Shown piece after piece: positions 1 to 17,851 of a stretch of 64,000 nt of DNA (its first letter is position 1; each line of letters starts with the position of its first letter). The position numbers and the translations under genes are program-made. The stretch is from Paraspadella gotoi. Taxonomy: Eukaryota > Animalia > Chaetognatha. Where the stretch lies: assembly GCA_051294375.1 (NCBI GenBank), contig CM119263.1, positions 29,191,997 through 29,255,996 of the forward strand, read 5' to 3'. The notes below the pieces were generated by a model, which had not been told where the DNA came from, ran no database searches, and saw nothing but the letters and a program-made list of their open reading frames with translations.

Positions 1-321
1 TTATTGGATAGACACATTTTTTTTCCTAATTCTTTGAAAAATTTCAAAAAATATATTATTATTAATTTTTTTTTCAAAAACACAAATTTTTTATTTTGTC
101 GTATTCTAAGCGCCTTTAGACGCTTTTAGTGATAAAACGTCAACATGCTATGCCTTGTTTTAATATCCTGTGAAGATCATGTTAAACGAAAACGTCGCGA
201 CATATAAAAGGTAAACTCATAAACATAAATTATGAAGTCGAAAGCCTGTTATTTATTTTCGTTCACGAGATACTCCACTACTTTTTATTGAAGTCGTACC
301 TCTCCGCCCTTAAGGTTTAAC

Positions 322-5282
<4,961 letters not shown>

Positions 5283-7266
5283 TTTGTAGTCGCGATATCG
5301 GGATCGATTTTTAACAATTATTTTTTGAGTCTATTAATTTAATTTCGAAAAGTAGTTTTTTTATGCTCGAAGAATTGATACAAATAATATAAAATTTATA
5401 AAGACCGTATTTGTTCCTACTCTGTTTTAATTTTATATATTTTATATATGTCTTTGTGTTTGTTGTATTTGTTCCTAAAGCCACAAAAAAATGGTTTGTC
5501 ACATTTCTGTGGTTTAAGGTCGTTTTGTGTGAAACGCGGACGAGGACAAATCTTGGCTGATTATTTTTACTAAGTTGCGTATTAAATTTTGATCAGAAAA
5601 ATTGTTGAAAAAATGTTTCAAAGCGAATAATTTGTGAAAAGATTTTATATTTCATCGACGCATTTGATGTACAAAAGTTTAAAATATTTTTTTTTCTTTT
5701 GTTCGATTTTTTTTGTCTCTTTCTTTTTTTCTTCTTTGTTCGATTGTCGCGCTTTTGGTGTCAACCGGTGAATTTTTTTTTAAATTTTTTTTTCTGTCCT
5801 CCAAGAAAAAAAATATGGGAAAGAGGAGGAAGAGGAGGAGGAAAGAACGAAAAAGAAGAGGAAGACAAAGAAGAGGATAAAGAGAGAAAGAAGGAAATTC
5901 GAAGAAGAGGAAAAGTGAGAAGTTGAGAAAAAGATGATTAGATAACGAATCCTAGAGAGAAAATTATCTCCTAATCAGTTTCCTACTGTAGAAACCTTCA
6001 AACTGTAATGACAAACGTGTTTTAAGTTTAATATAATTGTATTTTTTTTCAATCGTAAATTGTTATGACATGTTTTAAGTTTAATACAATTGTAATTTTT
6101 TTTAAATCGTAAATTGTTATGACATCGGTGTTTTAAGTCTAGTAAGAGTATAAATTCAGATACTCTGGAACGTCGACTATAAAAGCTTTTTGTTCCAAAA
6201 CTAAATTTGAATTTTCTTCTAATTTTTCTAAAAATGTATTTATCATCTGATTAATGTCAATACTTCGAGTTAGTTTGGCCCATGGTTTTTAACTACGAAT
6301 CTATCACCACCTTGTTCAATGGTTTGAAAACTTGACAGCCTCAACATTTATCTTTTGATTGAGGGGATAAATTTGGAGAAAGGAAAAAAAAAGCGCGAAA
6401 CAATTAAAAAAAAATAAAAATTTAAATCGTAATTAACTACATCTGTCATTTTCGACATCTTTGTGACCTTTGAGTGAGGGTGAAAAAAATGTAAGATTGA
6501 AAGAAAAGAAGAAAGGAAGGAAAAAGAAAAAGAGAGAGAAAAAAAGAAAGAAAGAACAGAAAAAAATATGAAGAAAAGAAAATTCAGGAAATTGAAAGAA
6601 AAATAAAAAAATAAGAAAAGATAAAAAGCAAAAAAAAAAAAAGAAAGGAAAAAGTGATGGGACAAAGAATCGCAGAAAGACAAATGGAGTTTGACAAAGA
6701 TACAGAGATTAGATAAGTGGAAGGGATGAAATATAGGAAAGAAGAATTATCGATGGAAAGTGGAAAGATGGAAGGTAGAAAATGAGAGATAAAGATGGGA
6801 AAAAGGGATAATGATAAGAGAGCATTGTGAAAGGTGGCAAATGATGGGAGAAAGAAAGTAGAAAAAAGAGACAAAAATGAATAATGAATTCAAGAAAATA
6901 AAAAAGAAAAGAGATCTGCAATAAGAAATGACAAAGAATGAATTGAAATATGACAAAAGCCTCTCGAATGTAAAAAAGAAAAAAAAAGAAAAACCTGACT
7001 CAGGAAAAAGCAGACGAGAACGCGCCGGCGCAATGAAAAAAAAAAAGAAAGAAAAGAAAAAAAAAAGGAAAATTGGGTGCCGGTCTTCCTCCGCGCCGAA
7101 GACAAATCGACGAAATGTTTCGGGAGATAAATGGTTTTCACACGAACCCGCGAGACTCAAGTCAAGAAAAATCCGAAAAATGAACTTTTTTTTTTCGATT
7201 TTTTTTTTCGCATTTTTTTTTTCGATCAAATTTCGAGTTCACTACTTTTCGCGGAACCGAGAAGAC

Positions 7267-7292
7267 GACTGACCTAGATCTAGGATTTTAAG
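7267..7292 (-). promoter_or_regulatory. Possible core promoter (Inr TCAGTC) for a non-coding first exon of myostatin
   Basis: TCAGTC on the minus strand at 7272-7267, at the edge of a GC-richer island and next to the palindrome CCTAGATCTAGG. No transcript evidence. Confidence 0.2.
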
Positions 7293-7477
7293 GGAGGGGG
7301 GGCGGTGAGGAGAGTGGATGGGAGATGGGATGTAGAAGAGGGTGATGGGTCGTGGGGGTGATGGAGTTAGAGACGGGGAATGAAAATGGTGAATAGGAGA
7401 TGGAAGGAAAGGGTTTATGAGAGAAAAGGCTGGGGATTGGGGATTGGGGAATGGGGTTGAGAAGATGCTATGGATGA

Positions 7478-8005
7478 GAAGGAAAAGGAGAAATTGGAGA
7501 TGGTAGGAAAAGAGAAATTGAAGATGGTAGGAAAAAAGAAATTGAAGATGGTAGGAAAAGAGAAATTTAAGTTGGTAGGAAAAAAGAAATTGAAGATGGT
7601 AGGAAAAGAGAAATTGAAGATGGTAGGAAAAGAGAAATTTAAACTAGTAAGAAATGAGAAATTGAAGATGGTAGGAAACGAGAAATTTAAGATGTTAGGA
7701 AAAGAGAAATTGAAGATGATAGGGGAAAAAAATGAAAATGGTAGGAAAAGAAAAATGGGAGTAGTAGATGAGAAAGGAAAAGAGAAATTGAAGATGGTAG
7801 GAAAAGAGAAATTGAAGAGGGTAGGAAAAGAGAAATTGAAGATGATAGGAAAAGAGAAATTGAAGATGGTAGGAAAAGAGAAATTGAAGATGATAGGAAA
7901 AGAGAAATTGAAGATGGTAGGAAAAGAGAAATTAAAGATGGTAGGAAAAGAGAAATTGAAGATAATAGGAAAAGATAAATTGAAGATGGTTGGAAAAGAG
8001 AAAGG
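7478..8005. repeat. 24-bp minisatellite (AGGAAAAGAGAAATTGAAGATGGT)n
   Basis: About 20 degenerate copies. It produces the spurious KEKLKMVG-repeat ORF. Confidence 0.92.
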
Positions 8006-8132
8006 AAAGGGAAGGGGGAGAGAGAGAAAGGCTCAAAGGGGTGTGGGGGAGAAGAAAATGGAGAGAGATGATGATTAGGGGAGAATTTGATAGCAGGTTG
8101 AGGGAAAGGGGAAAAATTGAAACTTGACAAGT

Positions 8133-8194
<62 letters not shown>

Positions 8195-9273
8195 TTAACG
8201 GGGATGAGGTAAAGTGAAAGGTTTTCTGAACGATAGAAATTTATATGGATTGTTGTCACGAAATTGTTGGGGCCCGACGAGGGAGAAATAGAGAGAGAAA
8301 GAGAAAGAGATGTAGATATGGAGAAATAGAAAAAGAAAGAAATAGAAAAAAAAATAGAGAGAACGAAAAAGAGAGAGAGAAAACAAATGCGAGAGAGAGA
8401 AATGGTTTATTCGGTCCTGAGTGGCCCCGGAATCGGCATCGGTCTGAAGTGGGTCGAAAATATGGCGTCCCGGCATCCGGCCTCTGATTTCCGGAAAGGA
8501 GGTTTTCGTCGGAACTCACGAAATCCAAAAATCAAAGGACATTTTTTTTGGGGGGGGGGTTTAATGCGTTCCCTCTTTATCTTTCTATTTTTGACTTTAT
8601 CTCTTCTTCCTCTTTTTATCTCTCTCTCTTTCTCTTTTGATCTTTCTCTTTCTTTCTCTCTTCTTTATATCCCTCATCTCATATCTATTCTATCATTTGT
8701 ATTTTATAAATATATGTACTCACTATCAAGGCCATTTCAATTTTGATTGTACTTTTTCCCCCTTTTTTTTATAAATTTTAACCATCTGGTGTTTTGTTTA
8801 TCAAAGAATAACTCAGAAAAATGCATTGTAAAACCATTGTGTTTAGCCAACTAAAATAACCTGAACTAATCGTAAAGATTTGCGCAGTCTGATATAATTT
8901 TAGTTTCGATCATTGATATAATATAATTCATTTTATCATTTTATGATATATCATTTTTCAGGTCAGGGCCTGAAGATCCTCATTCAATCCCGTTCGAACC
9001 CCATTTTCTTTGTGAGGAGGTCCCAGCGCACGCGCACCTGTTATTTATCACTGGAGGTGCGCGTGCACCTGTTATTTTTAATCCTCGTTCTTTTCAATTC
9101 ACACCCAAGGACATCAACCACGAAAAAAAAGTATTCTTGGGCGGCTCTCCGGCTGGATTCGCCGAAAACCAGCTGATGTGAAAAAAATATGTGATGAAAA
9201 AAAAATTGGTGAAAAAAAAACCTGTGAAGAGAGAGAGATGATAAATGTTTTCGCAAGAGATTTAACGTGATTT

Positions 9274-9430
<157 letters not shown>

Positions 9431-9619
9431 TAGAAGGTTATTTGGTTCGAATTGCGCTCTCACTCTTTTTTAATTGATTTGTGTCAAGATTGACAAGAAA
9501 GTTTAAATTTGCTCGACGTCGCTAATCATTTGCTTCTTCTAAGTTTTTTTCTCTGCACTGAAGGATTGTTAGTTACGCAGATGAGACATTTGCGAGCCTA
9601 TATCTGCCTTTCTCTCTCT

Positions 9620-9678
<59 letters not shown>

Positions 9679-10572
9679 CCATAATAGCGCACAGTTTTAC
9701 ATTTAAAACTCATTAATCGAAAGTAAACGAGGGAAAAGCTTCTGACAACGAAGCCAATAATTGTTAAATTTTTGTACTAAAGTTAAGTTTTATTTGATAC
9801 AAACTTCTGCAATTTCTTCTCCGTAAGGATTTTGCTGATGATCTAAAAATCGATAGGAAAGAAAAATGTGTTGCCTCAAATGGTCAAATACGATTCGAAC
9901 TGAAGTCCTTGTTGACTTAACATTTAACAATCTCGTTTTTGGAGCAGATGAAATTAACAATTCACTTTAGAAGATATAAAAAAAACTTAACTGATACTAT
10001 GTGTATTTTCGCGACTTCTTCAACACAACGGCGTTTTCTCTTTCATCAAATATCAGATCTGAATCCAGCTGTTTCAATAATCTTTGAGAAACTTGACTGT
10101 TTGCGAATAATTAAATAAAGAAAAAATGAGCTTTGAAGTTTATATTTAAATTAAGATATGATTATTTGTTAAAAAAGCGCCATTGAAATAATGAACGAAA
10201 AATGACAGGAATGGTCAGGTTGGACATTGGGCAAACAATATTTGTCGTCGGCCATTCATTTAAAACTCATTTTGAAAAAAAAAATACAGATTTTATGCAG
10301 AAAGTCAGGCGAAATATTGCTAAAAATATTTCCAGAGGGTTGCATCGGTTGCTGTGAACTGTTTTTTTAGTGTGGACGGACTCAAGAATCTGAGTTCACG
10401 GCAAAAAGTGAAAGTGATTGAGGTTTGAAAAAAGAAAAACCTCGATAAAATTGAAAGAGAAAAAAAAGTCCAGGCATGAAGATTAAGAGCGTAAATGCTT
10501 CGATTATAACTAATAACTAATAACTAATTAAATATTGAATCCTTTTTATTATTTAATAATGCACATTCTCTC

Positions 10573-13500
10573 TCAATGCCTGAACCAAGTGGACGGACAA
10601 CTCAAGAGTCCGCTGCTGTAATCCCGCGGCAGACGAAATTCTCCGGAAGCGAAAGGCGGCGGGAGCAGCGCGCGCTGCAGCGTCTCCCTGCTGACACTGA
10701 CGCCCTTTTCCTTGAGTCGATCGTGAATCTCCTCGCACTCGAAGACCCGGCGCGAGTTTGACCACATCGGCGTTCGGCGCCGGGTCGACATCCGGATCAC
10801 GTCGGCGTCGTCGTCATCGTCGATGAGATCCTGCGACGACGCCGCTCTACGCAACGCCTCCATCTTGCGGACGCAATCCGAAGCTCTGGGGACGTGGGGC
10901 TTCTTCTCTCGATCCTTAGTTGGTGGGGTAGGGGGGAGGGAGAAAGTTTGAGAAATAAGAACTGATGATTCGTAAAATTAATTCAGTCGACGCTTTTGAC
11001 TTTTGATGCTCTTTTGTTATAAACAAAGGAAAATATGGAAAACAATTGTCAAGTGACCTCTGGCGAGGTATTTGAATAGAAAATTTTGATTTGGAGTAAT
11101 TTCTTAATTCAATTAAAAAGCCATCGCAGATGGGATCGGATCCCCGACTCGGGTAGAATCCGCCGGAAGCCGGATTGGACTCTCTCATTGGACGAACCAC
11201 CAAGTGAATCGACCAATCAGAACTCGCACGGATTAATTAACAAAAAATTCAAAATCAAAATGGCTCCTAAAGCAGTTAAACTGCAAGCGGAAACTAAGTA
11301 TGATCATAAAGATGTTACGTAAATGTTTCAATTCGCTCATCGCATATGGGATATGAACTAATTCAGCAGTATAATCGCGGCTCCCAAATCATTTCGAGAT
11401 CAAATCTCCAATCAAATCTCCAATCTCAAACGATTAAATAATTAATCAATAATAAAAAAAATCCCCTATTCTACCTGTAGCCTGGCCGAGTAATATTCTT
11501 CCGGATCGACCCGCATGGGCGTAAAGAGACTTCCGTTCTTTAATTGACGAGCGGAAGCTTTGATCCTCGCAGATTCGGCGCGAGTTCTCGACGCCGATGG
11601 CGCCACTTTGGAATCGACGCCAGATCTAGGCGCCGACGACCCCGCTTTGGAATCGGCGCCAGAACTGGACGCCGGCGAGGCCGCCTTTCCATCCGCGCGC
11701 GTCTTGGCCGAGTGGGCGCGCCGGTCTGCGAAAGGCGCCGGTGTTTCCGCTTCTTTTCTCGATTCCGTCGCGGATCGAACGCGCCGCTGGGGACTCGTCG
11801 TTGTCGTCGTCGTTATGGCATCAATATTCTCATCACCCTCCAGGGCTACTCCTTTCTCCCTACCTTCCTCCTCCGCCCATTCTCCTTCCCTCTCGTAAAT
11901 CCCTCTCTCCCTCCTCGTCCTCTCTTCTTCCTCCTCCTCCACCTCCTCTTTCTCTTCCGCCATCTGCTTCATCCTCGACGACAGATGCCGCAGCACCTCC
12001 ACGTTCTTCTGCCGCGGAGGCGGATATTCGCTCAGCGTCCGTCGCGTCGCCTCCTCCTCCTGTTCGCGCATAATGGACACGAGGGTCTCGACCTGGAGGA
12101 GTTATTAGTGAATCGTTGAGTTCATCAATCTCATTTGCATATTGTAGCATTATGAAATATTTTATTCCGCTGCCTTTGATTTTCTAAATACAGTAAGAGG
12201 GTTATATTTTTAAGGATTTATCTATTACTAAGTATTAGTCAAAAAAAAAAAGAGTCGTTTTTGACGACTATGCCCTTTCGGGCCCACCTCTTAACTAACA
12301 TAGGTAGCCATTATGTTAACAATACTCAATGGTTATCTCTTCCACAGTCTCAAAAAAGAATCAATTGAGTAAATCGATACCTCTCCGTTTTTCTTCATTT
12401 TCGATCTGGTTTTAGATTTTAGCCCGATCGACGTCGTCGTCATCGTCGTCGGCGTCGTCGGTTCCGGACGATAACTTCCAAGAACCGGCTCTTCTTTCTT
12501 TTCCCTGGATTCAAAGAGAGACGCAAGAGAAATGAACAAACTTTAAAAAAACAAATCAACATTCTTAAACTTATGAAGAAATAAAACAATGAATAAATAA
12601 ATAATAAAAAATCAGCAAACAAATAAACATACGACAAAAAACCAAAATAAACATAAACAAAAACACAAGTACAAAACAAAAAATAACCAAAAAAAAACAG
12701 CAAAAAATAAACAAACAAAAAATTGTGAACAAAAAAACACAAACAAATCAGCAAACAAAACAAGACAAAAAAGAAAAGAAAAACAAACAAACCATACCAA
12801 CCAAAAACAAAAACAAAACACAACAGACAAAAAAAAAACAAAACGAGTCAAAAACAAAAAAAAACAAAACAGATCAACCAAAAACAAAACAAAAAGGAAA
12901 ACAAACCCTAACCGACCCAAACCTCCTAACCTCGCCCTCCGTCTCGCTTTCCCTCCGTGAATCTGTGAGGCTTTGATCGGCGCCGCTGATTTCATTCTCT
13001 CCTTCTTGGGCGACGCGTCTCTCACTCGCGTCCCGGCGACGGTGGGCGCGGCGAAGGCGCCGGATCGAGACCGAGAGGACAGTGTTGCCGTGCCGGATCT
13101 GGATTGGCTCGCGCCGTGCCAGTCCGTGCCGGCAGCGATGCGATCTTTTGTTCTGATCTCTTCTTTGGGATACAACGAGTCGGTCGAGCCTTTGGTTCTT
13201 AACCGAGCCACGGCGCCGACGCTGCCGGCGACGACGCCAACCCCTCCACCTCCCCCACCGTTCCCCCAACTCCCTCCGAAACTCTTCGTCCGTCTAAGAC
13301 TTCGCCTGTTGCCACTATCGTCCACAGCAACGGCGCCGCCCAGCATGATGTTGAGGACCAACTCCGGCTTCTCTATCTTCGTCTCTTCTTCGAGGCCTTC
13401 GTCGACCATCGCCGTCTCCTGGACCTCCTCCGAACCGCCCTCGGTGATCCTCTCCGCGGTCTCCTCTTCTCGGCTGCGACGCCGCGTCGGCGCCACCAGC

Positions 13501-14723
13501 AGCTGCGGGCGTCGAGCGGCGGGCGACTCGAAGGGTTCGGCGGCGGCGACGAAGACTTTGGGGGCGCAGAGTCGTTTGGAAGAAGGAGGAGGAGGAGGAG
13601 GAGGATGTTGAGGAGGAGGCGAGAGATCGACGGTAGAGGGCGAAGGGCGAACGAAGGCGGAGGCGACGCGGATGGGTGTTCGTCCTCGACCTCCAACGCC
13701 TCGTCGAACGGAGAGATCTTCGGCAACGCGATCGTCGGCTTCTTTTTGAAAGGCCGCGCGGAGGGCGTCGACGGAGCGACTCCTGATATAGTTGGTGGAT
13801 TGCTTTTGATTGATAGATTGAGACTTTTTGCATATTGAGTGATTGTTTAATATATTCTTTGATTCAATTGTAGATGACTAGATTCAATGACTGACTCTTG
13901 AGTGACTGACCGACTTGATTTTTTCGATTGTAACTTACCTCCTAAAGTTTTTGTTTTTATTCTTTTGCATTTGATTTTTCGGTTTAATCTCGTATCCGGT
14001 GGCGAACCCCGTTTCTCCGTTGCCAGAGGCCAATCCGAACGCTGGCGCTGCACCGGACGCCGCTCCAGACAGCGCCAGACTTGGGACCTCCGCCGACGCT
14101 ACCATCGAACCCAGCGCCGCCCGACCCGCTCCAGCGGCAACAGTGGACAATCGTCTCATGGCCGAGGACGTGCGACGCAACCATTCGCCGCCGCCGCCAC
14201 AGCCTAGACTCGAAGAACTCGCGGATCGTGAGAGAGATTCGTGACGTGGCGATGAGGGGCCGACCATTCGTGCCGCGCGGGCAACAACCCCTCTGGCCGA
14301 GGGTCGCGAGCCTTTGCCTTTAAATCCCGATGGCGGCTTTTGGCAAGAGATGGAATCGTCGAATGTTGGGCCCTTTGCGCATGCGCAATCGTCCGATGAC
14401 TTTTCGTTGTGAGTCGTCGCTTTTTCCCGCTGCTCCGAAGGAACTGTCCTCGCCTTGGCCCGGTCCTCTGAGTTCAGGTCCTTCGCCCGGTCTGCACGGT
14501 CTGCCAGGGCAGGCTCATTGCACGAACGATTCACGAACGGAAAGTTAAATTCGTTGGAGCCGCAAGGACTGGAGCAAGGCGCCGAGGGAGATCCGTTGGA
14601 GCAAGGGGAGGTTGGGGGAGCGATAGAGCAATTTAAGGCTGGAGACATGCTGGAGTTAATCCCGACGGAAGAGACTGAGAAGAAAGGAGTGACTGAGGAG
14701 AACCTCTGGGTGTCTGGGGACAT
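10573..14723 (-). CDS. Uncharacterised, largely disordered protein (~906 aa, 5 exons) with a compact C-terminal segment; candidate RFX-regulated ciliary gene
   Basis: Exons 14723-13939, 13782-12931, 12504-12381, 12092-11475 and 10914-10573 join through GT-AG sites with phases 2/2/0/0 and no stops (2721 nt). GC-rich exons, AT-rich introns, AATAAA at 10545-10550. C-terminus: VFECEEIHDRLKEKGVSVSRETLQRALLPPPFASGEFRLPRDYSSGLLSCPSTW. The start codon is uncertain because a possible acceptor lies just upstream of the ATG. Confidence 0.8.
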
Positions 14724-15174
14724 GACGGAGCTAAAAAGATCGAGATTCTTGGGTCTTGTTGAGTAGAGCGAGAAAAGTTTGGACCGGAAAATAAAGGAGT
14801 AACATCGTGAGCGTGGATTTTATTTTCAGCGATTGTTAAATTTGTTTGTGTGGATGCTGTAGAGTTTTTTTATTTTTTTCTAATTTCTTCCCCGCTGGAT
14901 TAAAATTTGCTTTTTTATGCCATAGCAGTTCCTTTCAATTCCCTATCCAAAATTTGAGTCCACGAAGATTTCAATAAACTTGCCAAAGACTTTTAATTCT
15001 CAGACAAATATAAAAAAATTTCGAGTTACATTCTTTATTTCAAAAAATTTTCGAGTTACATTCTTTATTTCAATTTGTTTTTTTTTTTTAAATTCAATTC
15101 TCATTTTTACATCTAAAGCTTTTTCTTCAAGCGACTCTCTCTCTTCGAAAGACTCATAGATTTGTTATTGTACG

Positions 15175-15187
15175 GTTGCCTGGCAAC
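15175..15187. promoter_or_regulatory. RFX X-box (GTTGCCTGGCAAC)
   Basis: Palindromic match to GTNRCC-N(0-3)-RGYAAC, ~450 bp upstream of the ATG at 14723. It is flanked by an imperfect direct repeat (CTCTCTC..CGAAA(A)GACTCA). Confidence 0.7.
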
Positions 15188-16139
15188 GGATTCTCTCTCC
15201 GAAAAGACTCAAGCTCTTTTTTTTTTAAATGTTAGTATGACGTTTTGATTTTTTCTTCGCGTTGTTATTTTGTAAGAGCGGTTCGTTATCAATATGTTAG
15301 TAACTTTAAAACAATTCAGTCAAGACATGTTTTTGATGAAGCTTAAAAATAAAATCGCTTGTCCCAAAACTTGCCGTCGAAGCCGAAGGAGTTCTTATGT
15401 CTTTTGTCTAATTTCAGTGTTTCGGTTTTATAATGAAAGGTGGCTTTGTTCAAACGAGAATGAGAGAAGAGCTTGTAATATTCTTATTAATTTCCGTAAA
15501 AGGTAGATAAAGACGAAATCAATTACTCATACATATATCTATACCTACATATTGTAGCCCAAAAAAAATTATTTAAACTGACTAGTGACTAGAACAAAAA
15601 CAATTTTTGACGTTTTTTGTTGGTAAAACTAAAAGTGTATTCGTTTGTTTGTTTTAAAAAAATGGACAAATAATGCGGGGATTAGGGAATTGAAGCAAGG
15701 TAGTTTGTAATGTAGCTTAGCTTTAAGCCACATAGAGCAGCGATCGGTATACAATGAAAAATTCGATTTTAAACCGAAATGTTTAAATGTTTAAATTGCA
15801 GTTGATATGGGGTATATTTCAATTACAAGGTTAAGGCTCTAAAATTAAATGAATTTAAATAGGATTGGTCTTAAAAAATTCAATTTTGGAGTTTTGGGCG
15901 AACACATTTAAAGTATTTGAATTCCTGAAATGGAATTTAATATATTTAAATTTTACACAGTGTAATTTTATACTTCATGTGTGTGAACGAAAGCTTATTT
16001 TTAAATAAATCATAAGACAAATCACGGATAGCGCTCGTTGAACCCTGAAAGGAGCAAATCATGGGACGATTCACATCGTTTCTCAATACAAAATTATAAA
16101 ACGAAATTAAGTTGTCAATTATAGTTTCAGCGTGATTAG

Positions 16140-16568
16140 TTCCTTCCTCCTCATTCTCCTCCCTCTTTCTTATTCTCCATCCTCTTCCTCCTGATTCTTA
16201 TTCCTCCTACTCATTCTCCTCTATCTTCCTCCTCATTCTTATTCCTCCTTCTTATTCTCCTTCCTCTTCCTCCTCATTCTTATTCCTCCTCTCATTCCTC
16301 CTCCTAATTCTTATTCCTCCTTTCTCTTCTCCTTCCCTTCCTCCTCATTCTTATTTCTCCTTCTCATGTCTCCTTCCTCTTTCCTCCTAATTCTTATTCT
16401 TCCTTCTCATTCTCCTTCCTTTCCTCCTCATTCTATTTCTCCTTCTCATTCTCCTTCCTCTTCCTCCTAATTCTTATTCCTCCTTCTCATTCTCCTTCCT
16501 CTTCCTCCTGATTCTTATTCCTCCTTCTCATTCTCCTCCCTCTTCCTCCTCATTCTTATTCCTCCTCC
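16140..16568. repeat. Degenerate pyrimidine-rich minisatellite (TTCTTATTCCTCC/CTCATTCTCC units) just downstream of the bHLH stop
   Basis: Read directly. Confidence 0.8.
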
Positions 16569-16733
16569 TCATTCTCCTCCCTCCTCCTCCTCCCTTTCCT
16601 CCCCCATCATTTCCGCCAAAGCCCCGATGTAGCGAGCAGCGTATCTGAGGATCTTGATCTTGGGAAGTTTCGTGTCTGAGGGGACGCTGGGAAGCCGCAG
16701 CCTGAAAAGGTAAGTTCGTTTGAATGTGAGAGA

Positions 16734-16782
<49 letters not shown>

Positions 16783-17771
16783 TCACGCCCACCTGAGCGC
16801 CTCGAAGGCGGCGTTCAACTTCCTCGTCCGCCTCTTCTCCTTCGTCAGCGATCCGAGGGCGCTGCAGGAGCAGGCCGTCCTCCGCTTCGGCTTACAGCAG
16901 ACGCGCCCCGGTGCAGCGGAGCTGGATGCAGCGTCGGAGGCAGAAACGGCGGACTTCGGGACTGCGCATGCGCGGCGCGGAGAGTTTTTGAGAAGAGGAA
17001 CGCCGGAAGTTTTTGGCGCCGTTTTTTTCTCGGCGAATGAAGACGACGCCGTCGATGGAATCGTCTGAGGTGGAGACTGTAGTTGTTGTTGTTGTTGTTG
17101 TATTTTGGACGATGTCATCGGGTCTGAAGCGAATCCATAAAGGTCTCGGTCCGAATGAGACTTTAAACTCGAAGTGGGTGCGAATGCCGCAGAGTTCCAC
17201 GAGGTCTTTGCACCCGCGTCAGGTCGCGAGTTTTCTGTCATAGTCTTCCGCTCCGAATCAAGGGTTTGGATTGAGGATTCAGAGGCGCTGCTCACGGCGT
17301 CGCTGATGTCTTCGTCTTCGCGGACACCGCCGCCGCCGCCGCCGCCGCCGCCACCGCCACCGCCGCCACCGTCGCTACCCCAATCGCCTACACGGTTGCA
17401 GTGCCAGCATAGACAGCGTCCGCGATGCCCGATCAATTGTCGGGCGCCTCCGACCGGAATGATCTCGTTGGACGACGCGAGGCTGACGGCAGCAGCGTCC
17501 GAATTTCGCGGCGCTGCGGCCTCGCGAACGGCGGCGCTGTTAACGCCGCTGTTCGCCCAAACGCGAGGGCGGGAGTAGAAAGGGGCAGAAGAAGAAGAGG
17601 AAGAGGAGGAGGAGGAGGAGGAGGGAGGGAAAGCGAATCGAGAATCGAATCTTTGATGTGAAGACCAATTCCATTTTCCTGAGAGGAGGAGGAGGAGGAG
17701 GAGGAAGAGGAGGAGAAAGGAATTGGTGAAAGTCACGATAATTTTATCTGAACATTGAGTTTTCCAACGAA

Positions 17772-17851
<80 letters not shown>

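Noticed and set aside
7470-8078. 202-aa ORF of KEKLKMVG repeats
   Set aside because: Translation of a 24-bp purine-rich minisatellite, with no splice or domain support.
9835-9872. CTGATGA...GAAA hammerhead-like spacing
   Set aside because: Only a 3-bp stem II, and no stem I/III or cleavage triplet.
12612-12930. Hydrophobic Phe/Val/Cys tail suggesting transmembrane helices
   Set aside because: T/G-rich intron read-through after the donor at 12930.
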